Assembly (NCBI GenBank): GCA_033763315.1
Contig: JANRKS010000024.1
Location: 64,001 to 128,000 of the forward strand
Source: Deltaproteobacteria bacterium
GTDB lineage: Bacteria > Myxococcota_A > Polyangia > Fen-1088
DNA: 64,000 nucleotides
Direction: 5' to 3'
The notes under the pieces were generated by a model. The model was not told where the DNA came from, searched no databases, and saw only the letters and a program-made list of their open reading frames with translations. Positions 57,034 to 64,000 of this stretch are shown here, one piece after another. A program made the position numbers and the translations under genes. Position 1 is the first letter of the stretch. Every line of letters begins with the position of its first letter.

Positions 57034-58083
57034 TCAAGCCACCGCCATGGCGTCGCCACCCTTCGCGGGTGTGATCGCCACCGGCCCAAGACGCGCTTCG
57101 GTTGGCAATCCAAGGATCGCCTCCCGCACCGCGGCCATGATCTCGGGATGCGCCACCAGGTAGTCTCGGGCCTTTTCGCGGCCTTGCCCCAAACGTTCGC
57201 CCTTCCACGAGTAGAACGCGCCTGCTTTATCAATAACGCCTGTGCTTGAGCCAATGTCGATGAGTTCGCCGGCCAAGTCGACCCCTGTGCCGTACAGAAT
57301 GTCGAATTGCGCTTCTCGGAAGGGCGGTGCCACCTTGTTCTTCACGACCTTCACGCGGGTTTTGGTGCCCACGACCACCTCACCGTCCTTGAGCACACCC
57401 GTCTTACGAATGTCCAAACGCACGCTGCTGTAGAACTTTAGCGCGTTGCCACCCGTGGTGGTTTCGGGGCTGCCGAACATCACGCCGATCTTCATACGCA
57501 ACTGGTTTATGAACACCACTGTGGCATTGGCGCGGGCGGTGGCGGCCGTTAGTTTGCGCAACGCCTGGCTCATCAGACGCGCTTGCAAACCCATGTGCGA
57601 ATCGCCCATTTCGCCCTCGATCTCAGCGCGCGGCACCAAGGCCGCAACGCTATCCACCACGATGAGATCCACTGCCCCCGTGGCAACCAGGCGATCGACA
57701 ATTTCAAGCGCTTGTTCGCCGCAGTCGGGTTGCGAGACAAGTAGCTCTTCAACTTTGACGCCCAGCTTTTTGGCGTAGCCAATGTCGAGCGCGTGCTCGG
57801 CATCAATGAAGGCACAGACGCCGCCCTGCCGTTGCGCCTGGGCGATGGCCTGCAGTGTGACAGTGGTTTTCCCGGAGGACTCTGGACCATAGATCTCGAC
57901 GACACGCCCACGAGGCAGGCCGCCCACCCCCAAGGCGAGGTCAAGGCCCACCGAACCGGTGGGTATCACCTCGATCTCCGGGGCTTCGCCTTCTCCCAGC
58001 GACATGATGGCGCCTTTGCCAAATTGCTTTTCGATGGATGCGAGTGTTTGCGCGATAGACTTCAGTTTTTCTTTGATCGACAT
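57034..58083 (-). CDS. recA: Recombinase RecA (RecA1-type N-terminus)
   Basis: [42 protein letters not shown]; AGGAG SD. Confidence 0.97.
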   Translation of the reverse strand: MSIKEKLKSIAQTLASIEKQFGKGAIMSLGEGEAPEIEVIPTGSVGLDLALGVGGLPRGRVVEIYGPESSGKTTVTLQAIAQAQRQGGVCAFIDAEHALDIGYAKKLGVKVEELLVSQPDCGEQALEIVDRLVATGAVDLIVVDSVAALVPRAEIEGEMGDSHMGLQARLMSQALRKLTAATARANATVVFINQLRMKIGVMFGSPETTTGGNALKFYSSVRLDIRKTGVLKDGEVVVGTKTRVKVVKNKVAPPFREAQFDILYGTGVDLAGELIDIGSSTGVIDKAGAFYSWKGERLGQGREKARDYLVAHPEIMAAVREAILGLPTEARLGPVAITPAKGGDAMAVA

Positions 58084-58127
58084 TTGTTGTGATCTCCTCT
58101 GTGTGCCTTATCCGCAGCGTTTGGCAT

Positions 58128-59660
58128 TTAGTTGCTAACTATGTCGCGATCGAACGCGCGGTAAGCCAACGCCTCGGCCACGTGAACGCTGCGCACCGAC
58201 TCACTCCCCGCCAAGTCGGCGATGGTGCGGCCCACGCGGCGAATCTTTTCAACAGCGCGCGCCGATAGTCCGAACCGCGCCACCGCCTTTTCCAACAAGC
58301 GATGGCTCGTATCATCAAGCGCTGCGCACTGCGCGAGGTCCCTTGAAGACAGCTGCGCGTTCGTGACAGCGCTGCGCCGCTTTTGTTGTTGGCGCGCAAG
58401 CAAGACGCGAGCGCCTACGCTGGCGCTCGGCTCTCCAGGAGCACCACGGGCCACGTCGCGGTAGGGCACCGCCGGCACTTGTACGTGCATATCGATGCGA
58501 TCAAGCAGCGGGCCCGAAAGTTTGGCGCGGTAGTTCGCAATGGCGGCCAGCGAACACGTGCATGTACGTAGGGTGCTGCCGAGGTGCCCGCACGGGCAGG
58601 GGTTCAATGCGGCCACCAACATGAAATTGGATGGAAAGCGAACAGCCCGCCGCGCGCGGACCAGCGTGATGAAGCGATCTTCGAGCGGCTGCCGCAGGCC
58701 CTCGAGCGATACACGAGAGAACTCAAGCAACTCATCAAGGAACAGCACGCCGTTGTGAGCCAGTGACACTTCGCCCGGCCTCACCATCGGGCCGCCGCCG
58801 ACAAGCCCGGCGACAGACACGGTGTGGTGCGGAGCGCGGAATGGCCGCGTTTGCAACAGGCCTTGCGTGCCCAACAAGCCCGCCACCGAATGCACCATCG
58901 TGGTTTGCAGCGCTTCCTCGAAATCAAGCGGCGGCAAGATCCCCGGCAGCCGGCGCGCCAGCATCGTTTTGCCTGAGCCGGGCGGCCCCACAAACAAAAT
59001 GTTGTGCCCTCCCGCCGCCGCGATCTCCAGCGCCCGGCGGGCTTCAGCTTGGCCGCGAATGTCAGATAGGTCAGCCACTGCGTTTGGGCCGGTGTTGTGT
59101 GCAGGCGTTGTTGATTCGGGCGCCAGCTTGCTCCACCCAGCATCGCTGTCTCGGCGGAGCGCTTCGATCACGTCGGCCAACGTACGCACAGAGATGACGC
59201 GGCTTTCACCAGCAGCGACGGCCGCCTCCCCCGCGTTCGCGGAAGGCACGAAAATGCGGCGCAGGTGGTGTTCACGCGCCCACGCCGTCACGGGCAACAC
59301 GCCGCGCACGGGCCGCAGTGAACCATCAAGCGCCAGCTCGCCCAATACAACGCTTTGATCAAGCGCATGCTTGGGCAGCTCTTCGGCAGCTTGCAGAATG
59401 CCCAACGCGATGGGAAGGTCGAACGCGGCGCCATCTTTTTTGAGATCGGCGGGTGCCAAGTTCACAACGATGCGACGTTGGGGAACCTTGAATCCACACT
59501 GTTCAAGGGCTGCGCGAATTCGAATGCGTCCCTCTTTGACACCCACATCGGGCAGGCCAACGATGTTGATGCCTGGCAATCCGGGACCAATGTCCACTTC
59601 GACTTCGATGGGCGAGGCCTCGATTCCTACAACGGTGGCTGATCGTATCTTTGCGAGCAT
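58128..59660 (-). CDS. comM: ComM/YifB Mg-chelatase-like AAA+ ATPase
   Basis: IVGLPD, NLAPADLKK, GPPGSGKTMLA, PFRAPHH, SLAHNGVLFLDE, SGPLLDRID, RTIADL. Start ATG 59660. Confidence 0.95.
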   Translation of the reverse strand: MLAKIRSATVVGIEASPIEVEVDIGPGLPGINIVGLPDVGVKEGRIRIRAALEQCGFKVPQRRIVVNLAPADLKKDGAAFDLPIALGILQAAEELPKHALDQSVVLGELALDGSLRPVRGVLPVTAWAREHHLRRIFVPSANAGEAAVAAGESRVISVRTLADVIEALRRDSDAGWSKLAPESTTPAHNTGPNAVADLSDIRGQAEARRALEIAAAGGHNILFVGPPGSGKTMLARRLPGILPPLDFEEALQTTMVHSVAGLLGTQGLLQTRPFRAPHHTVSVAGLVGGGPMVRPGEVSLAHNGVLFLDELLEFSRVSLEGLRQPLEDRFITLVRARRAVRFPSNFMLVAALNPCPCGHLGSTLRTCTCSLAAIANYRAKLSGPLLDRIDMHVQVPAVPYRDVARGAPGEPSASVGARVLLARQQQKRRSAVTNAQLSSRDLAQCAALDDTSHRLLEKAVARFGLSARAVEKIRRVGRTIADLAGSESVRSVHVAEALAYRAFDRDIVSN

Positions 59661-59672
59661 GCCGCACAACAC

Positions 59673-59688
59673 TGCGAGGCGCGTGCCA
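59673..59688 (-). promoter_or_regulatory. sigma54 -24/-12 promoter of comM
   Basis: TGGCACG-CGCC-TCGCA (GG-N10-GC); predicted +1 falls within a few nt of ATG 59660. Confidence 0.65.
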
Positions 59689-59717
59689 GCAAAAGCGCGT
59701 GCGCGGAGGCCGTGCGC

Positions 59718-59736
59718 TCTAAACTGCGTGTTCAGA
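59718..59736. promoter_or_regulatory. Palindromic operator candidate (LexA-like)
   Basis: TCTAAAC-TGCGT-GTTCAGA; resembles the M. xanthus LexA box CTRHAM-N4-GTTCAGS but with a 5-nt spacer. Confidence 0.35.
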
Positions 59737-59790
59737 TAGCGAACACCGCAAACGCGATCTGATCACCACACCCGCAATCCGAACATCCCT

Positions 59791-60690
59791 TCAAAGATTG
59801 GAGGTGTCGCCTGCAGAGGCGTCCGCTCCTGCATCAGTTGCACCGCCATCCACACCGCCGTCGACGTTGCCAGCAATGAGGAATGGGAACTCATAGGCGC
59901 CCGCCGGCAAAGGGATTCCAAACGTGTCAGTGATGGCGTTCGGCAGCATCACCAAGCGATGCGCCCCGGGGGTCCAAGGCACGCCTTCGCCAACGGGTTT
60001 GACGACCCATACGTTGGGCGGCTCCACGCGCACCACCACCGGCACCTCCAACACACCCGCGAACACGCGTACGGCACCGGCCGTGGCGCCCGCCGGCACG
60101 CTCGAAAAGACAATGCGTATCGAGAAGGTGGTGGGCAGGGCGCCTTGAGGCACAGCCACCGTGGCCACAAACGGTTGCGTATCAAACGAGCCGCCAGAAA
60201 CGCCCACGTAGCTCCGCGCCTGTTTGTCTGTGATGCGTTCGCGATTCAACTCCAGCGTCAGATGAACGCCGGCGGGCAAGGCGACGGGAGCGCTGAACGT
60301 AAGCGTTGGCGCAGGACCGTAGTTTTGCCGTTTCGACGGGTTGTAGTCGGCAAGTAAGCCAAGCTCCGTGATGCCACCAGCGGCTTCCCATCGCACCTTG
60401 GCCACCCCTCGACCCGGCCCAGGGGCGCTGCCGCTGAGATCCTGCACCTTGCTTGGATCCAAGAGCGCATCGAAGGTCGCACGTATAGACGACAAGGGCG
60501 ACACCAGGGGTACGCCGGCCTCTGCACCCGACAGCGCATTGATCGCGCTACCTGACGGCTCAAGCAGCTCAAGCGCGATCAAATTGGGTGCGAGGTTCGG
60601 CGTGGAAGGATCAGAGCAGGCGCCCATCGACGTTGCGCCCAACAACAACGACAATCCCAAAATCGAAACCCGCCTCATCGCGCCCATCAT
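59791..60690 (-). CDS. Lipoprotein with Ig-like domains and acidic DGG/DAG tail
   Basis: MGAC lipobox; ITD-x-x-G-x-PL Ig-like end; C-terminal VDGGVDGGATDAGADASAGD. Confidence 0.72.
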   Translation of the reverse strand: MMGAMRRVSILGLSLLLGATSMGACSDPSTPNLAPNLIALELLEPSGSAINALSGAEAGVPLVSPLSSIRATFDALLDPSKVQDLSGSAPGPGRGVAKVRWEAAGGITELGLLADYNPSKRQNYGPAPTLTFSAPVALPAGVHLTLELNRERITDKQARSYVGVSGGSFDTQPFVATVAVPQGALPTTFSIRIVFSSVPAGATAGAVRVFAGVLEVPVVVRVEPPNVWVVKPVGEGVPWTPGAHRLVMLPNAITDTFGIPLPAGAYEFPFLIAGNVDGGVDGGATDAGADASAGDTSNL

Positions 60691-60760
60691 CTCTTAGTGA
60701 GAGGGAGGCTGCAATGGGCGGGTCTTCGGCTTGATCGAAACGCGCACGGTTCGTGCGTCG

Positions 60761-61174
60761 TTAGTCTTTCGTCACGATGCCCAACGTTTCGGCCCCAGCG
60801 CCGCGCGCGGTATCCATCAGTTTGACGGCTTCGCCGTAGTTGGCGTCGTCTTCGATCTTGAAGAACACAACCTTCTTGCTGGCCTTCTTGAGACGGTCGG
60901 CCAATTTGTCAGCCAACGCCTCCCACGCCACGGGCTCTGCGTTCACCGTGATCTGACGATCGGCATTGTATTCAATGACGATGTTGTTGGGCAGATCGGG
61001 CGGCGGGGGCACGTCGTCCGGCATTTTCTTGGGAACGTTTGCGTCATGGTGCTTCAGCAACGAAGGCGTAAGCACCATGAAGATGATGAGCAAAACAAGG
61101 ACGACATCGATGAGAGGCGTAACGTTGATGTCCGATTTCGCCCCTCCCTTGCCGCCGCCTACATCCATTGCCAT
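60761..61174 (-). CDS. ExbD/TolR family protein
   Basis: DINVTPLIDVVLVLLIIFMV; YGEAVKLMD. Confidence 0.92.
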   Translation of the reverse strand: MAMDVGGGKGGAKSDINVTPLIDVVLVLLIIFMVLTPSLLKHHDANVPKKMPDDVPPPPDLPNNIVIEYNADRQITVNAEPVAWEALADKLADRLKKASKKVVFFKIEDDANYGEAVKLMDTARGAGAETLGIVTKD

Positions 61175-61191
61175 GGCTTGGGCTCCTTCGC

Positions 61192-61674
61192 TTAGCCGCC
61201 CGCCGGGGCGGCTTCGTCGGGGCGGAATTCTTCCGTGCCAAGCAGCACGTCTTCCACACCGGCTTTGTTTACTTTTTCCATGACTTCCCGGGCCAGGCCG
61301 TAAGTGATGCGGTTGTCAGCCTTCATGAAGATGTTCTTTTCGGGAGACTTACGCTTCTCTTCACTGATGACTGACACAAGCTCATCCAGGTCGCGGACTT
61401 TCTTGCCCATGACGTAGATGTCTTTGCTGGCGGCGATGGACACGATGATGTCCTTGCCGTCGTCCGCTTTTTTCTTGTGGTGGCTGGTCTTCGGCAGGTC
61501 CACGGCTACGCCGCTCACGATCATGGGCGTCACCACCATGAAGATGATGAGGAGCACCAACACAACGTCCACCAAGGGCGTTACGTTGATGTCGGCTTTC
61601 ACCAACCCCTTTGCACGCTTCTTGGGGTGGCGCGCATGTTTGCGCATCTTCTGTATTTGGTGCTGCGTAGCCAC
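61192..61674 (-). CDS. ExbD/TolR family protein with basic N-terminal extension
   Basis: DINVTPLVDVVLVLLIIFMVVTP; VDLP; KAD...YG. Confidence 0.92.
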   Translation of the reverse strand: MATQHQIQKMRKHARHPKKRAKGLVKADINVTPLVDVVLVLLIIFMVVTPMIVSGVAVDLPKTSHHKKKADDGKDIIVSIAASKDIYVMGKKVRDLDELVSVISEEKRKSPEKNIFMKADNRITYGLAREVMEKVNKAGVEDVLLGTEEFRPDEAAPAGG

Positions 61675-61703
61675 GGCCTAGACCTTTTGTTCGGGCTCGA
61701 TTG

Positions 61704-62501
61704 TTAGTAGCGCTGAGGACCGCCGCCGGGATACGGCGACGTGATTGGCCCGCGGCCCATCGGAGGCATACCGCCTTGTGGTGCCATCGGAGGTGCAGCG
61801 GCAAAACTGCGGCCTTCTCGGGTCATGCTGTCCAAAACTTCGCCGGCCGTCTCGTCGAGGTCGATGGTGACGTCGTCGATCTTCGCGATGAAGTAGTTGT
61901 AGAACCAAACCGACACAATCGCGACGCCCAGACCCACCGCGGTGGCAACCAGAGCTTCAGCGATACCAGCGGCGACCGAGGCGATACCGCCCGAGCCCTT
62001 GCTGGGATCACCCATGCTTTGGAAGGCCGTGATGATACCGAACACCGTGCCGAACAAGCCGACGAACGGTGCCGACGAAGCGATCGTGGCCAACAGCGGA
62101 ATGCCTTTTCGCATGCCCGCCAGTTGACGTTCTTTCACGCGCTCCATCATGCGGCTGGCGCCATCGACAACCATCTCGAACTCGGCGGCGTCGCCAGCCT
62201 TTGCGCCCAAGCCTTCCACACCACGAACGAATTCATTGATGCCCGAACCAATGACCTTCGCCACGGGGCTTGATTGCCAACGTTGATCGAGGCCCACGGC
62301 CTCGCGTAGGCGGCCTTGTGAGCTGACCAAGGGCAACAGCGAGCCGATGTATCCGATCGACTGAATCTTCGATTTACGGAACGTCACAAAGCGTTCAACC
62401 GTAACGCCGATCGCCAGAATCGACATGATGATGAGGATGATGACGACCGATTTGGCCACCACACCCATCTGGGCCCAAATATGTGTTAACGAAAAATCCA
62501 T
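61704..62501 (-). CDS. MotA/TolQ/ExbB proton channel protein
   Basis: LATIASSAPFVGLFGTVFGI, GIAEALVATAVGL; AAGGAG SD. Confidence 0.94.
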   Translation of the reverse strand: MDFSLTHIWAQMGVVAKSVVIILIIMSILAIGVTVERFVTFRKSKIQSIGYIGSLLPLVSSQGRLREAVGLDQRWQSSPVAKVIGSGINEFVRGVEGLGAKAGDAAEFEMVVDGASRMMERVKERQLAGMRKGIPLLATIASSAPFVGLFGTVFGIITAFQSMGDPSKGSGGIASVAAGIAEALVATAVGLGVAIVSVWFYNYFIAKIDDVTIDLDETAGEVLDSMTREGRSFAAAPPMAPQGGMPPMGRGPITSPYPGGGPQRY

Positions 62502-62561
62502 GGTCCTTTTCTCCTTGAAGGCGTCTCCCGAAGTTGCCTTTTTCGATCGTGAGCGGGGCTG

Positions 62562-63284
62562 TTACTGAGTGACTTTTAAAACGTTTCTGCTGACAAAGCA
62601 GAAGGGCACAGGGTTACCGCCCACAGACATGGGGCGGAACTTCGATTTCTGCCAAGATTCGAGAATGGCCTTATCGAACAGAGGGTCCGATGGCTTGATG
62701 AGCGTGGTGCTTGTGATGTCGCCGGACTTTCCAACGCACAGCTTCACGAGGTTGAAGATAAGCATGCCCGACCGCTTGATGACCTCGGGAATGACGGGAT
62801 CGGGGTGCGACAGAATCTGCTTCTCCCCGATCGCGGGAGGCAACATTGTGGGAGGCGTTGTATCGACACCTGTGCCACCAACAACACCACCGACCACGCC
62901 GCCAACAACACCACCCTTTACACCACCTTCGACGCCGCCTTCGACGCCGTCATCCTCACCCGAATCTTCTTCCTCTTCCTCGGGTGGTGGCTCTTCTTTG
63001 GGCTGAACGATCTGCGTCTTGGTTGGCTGAACGATCGGCTCAACCTTTGGCTTGGTCTTCGTGGACGACTTCTTCTTCGGTGGAGGCGGCGGCGGTGGTG
63101 GAGGCGGTGGCGCCGACATAAACGTCACAGCCACGGTGGGCGGTGACAGCTCAGCCACGTGCCAGAAGGAATAAACAACTGCATAGATCAGGGCCACGCC
63201 GTGCGCCGCCAAAGACACGATGTACGTGATCTTGCGGCCTTTCGGCTTGACCTTGTCTTGGGTAAGAAATGCCTCAAACGCCAT
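62562..63284 (-). CDS. TonB-family energy transducer
   Basis: TM with S-x3-H (SLAAH), poly-Pro, acidic stretch, GV-x-G repeats, divergent TonB C-terminal domain. Confidence 0.85.
   Translation of the reverse strand: MAFEAFLTQDKVKPKGRKITYIVSLAAHGVALIYAVVYSFWHVAELSPPTVAVTFMSAPPPPPPPPPPPKKKSSTKTKPKVEPIVQPTKTQIVQPKEEPPPEEEEEDSGEDDGVEGGVEGGVKGGVVGGVVGGVVGGTGVDTTPPTMLPPAIGEKQILSHPDPVIPEVIKRSGMLIFNLVKLCVGKSGDITSTTLIKPSDPLFDKAILESWQKSKFRPMSVGGNPVPFCFVSRNVLKVTQ
62875..62949 (-). repeat. 12-nt period repeat encoding GVEG/GVKG/GVVG
   Basis: GVEGGVEGGVKGGVVGGVVGGVVGG in the TonB linker. Confidence 0.8.
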
Positions 63285-63308
63285 AGCTTCCTGCCGGAGG
63301 GAGTAGGG

Positions 63309-64000
63309 TTACTTCTTTCCCTTGGGCTTGTGACCCTTGGGGGTTTTCTTTTTGGGCGAGGCCTTTGCAGCCGTTGGCGCTGGGGCCTTGGCGGCCTCAT
63401 CGTCGGCCGGTTTCGCCGCTTCGGTATGGTGGCCTTGGTTCAAGACCGCCATGGTTTTGCGTGCCCACTCCGCGGATGTATCAACCGCTTTTTGCCATTC
63501 GGCCGGCTGGTCAAACAAGGCGAACGACTTTTGCCGCCACAACAGGTTCACGTACGCCATCGCGTCCGTGTATGTGGGGCGAAGCTCAACCGCCTTCTCA
63601 AGGTACCGAATGCCAGCTTCAGCGAGATCGATGCGCTGCTGGCCTTGAATGTCAGACTCCGTCCAAATCGGAGGGTCGCTTTGGTTCACAGCACCGGGGC
63701 GAGGATCCCAGTTTTGCTTGTCAGCGCCACCGCCTTTAAGGAGGAGCTGGTTATAGATAAACGTTCCGGCGCCATAGAAAGCTTCAGCGTCGGTGGGCCT
63801 GATCTCCAGGTTCACCTGGTACCACTTGAGCGCCTCATCCATCTTCTCCCACTTGGAGTAGACCTGCATGAGGCCCGCGACGGAGTTAGCGTCTTTCGGG
63901 TTTTGGGCATATCGCTCTTCGTACATGTCCGCGAGCGTCTTGAAGCGATCCGCGTCGAACAGCGTCTGCGTGTAGAGCATCTCGCCACGCGGATCCTCAG
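63309..64000 (-). CDS. TPR protein, 3' part only (starts beyond the right edge)
   Basis: TPR helices (EAFYGAG, YLEKAVELRPTYTDAMAYVNLLWRQK); frame open to the window end; directly upstream of tonB. Confidence 0.82.
   Translation of the reverse strand, partial: EDPRGEMLYTQTLFDADRFKTLADMYEERYAQNPKDANSVAGLMQVYSKWEKMDEALKWYQVNLEIRPTDAEAFYGAGTFIYNQLLLKGGGADKQNWDPRPGAVNQSDPPIWTESDIQGQQRIDLAEAGIRYLEKAVELRPTYTDAMAYVNLLWRQKSFALFDQPAEWQKAVDTSAEWARKTMAVLNQGHHTEAAKPADDEAAKAPAPTAAKASPKKKTPKGHKPKGKK

Noticed and set aside
60761-62501. AglRQS gliding-motor assignment
   Set aside because: Both small subunits have canonical ExbD/TolR INVTPL-x-D sequences and no glt genes are visible; cannot be supported from sequence alone.
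1-64000. tRNA, rRNA, transposase, integrase, prophage or defence-system genes
   Set aside because: No cloverleaf, rRNA signature or diagnostic motif seen; the only nuclease-like sequence is the Uma2 remnant.

Overview
GC-rich bacterial chromosome segment with a clearly myxobacterial (Myxococcota, probably Polyangia/Haliangiales-like) gene repertoire: Hanks-type Ser/Thr kinases, TPR/PEGA proteins, Cys-rich lipoproteins, a Myxococcales-type ECF sigma, a PilZ-like/PEGA protein and a RecA1-type recA. About 56 CDSs; I could not support any rRNA, tRNA, CRISPR array, transposase or phage gene. The left 37 kb is a mostly minus-strand cell-envelope neighbourhood that interleaves two sets of genes. The glycosylation set has three GT-C-fold membrane proteins (two are paralogs with a shared CDPCFED motif), GT2+DUF2304, other GT2/GT4 genes, an acyltransferase-3 and a split WbpB/WbpD/WbpE-like amino-sugar pathway. 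The signalling set is three kinase/TPR(-PEGA) pairs and two Cys-rich lipoproteins. This is the best candidate for an undescribed system (trans-envelope kinase signalling coupled to surface-protein glycosylation), but its function is inference. The right part holds housekeeping and regulatory genes: recD2, IHF/HU, serS, an adenylate kinase-family gene, truncated Hb, a two-component pair plus a hybrid kinase, aroA, csp, a comM-recA pair behind a sigma54-like promoter, and TPR-TonB-ExbB-ExbD-ExbD. Non-coding signals seen: two sigma54 -24/-12 promoters, a hairpin sequestering a Shine-Dalgarno, a small ORF plus terminator ahead of the glycosylation operon, an internally deleted Uma2 pseudogene and many apparently leaderless genes. 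All family calls come from motif recognition by eye, not database searches.
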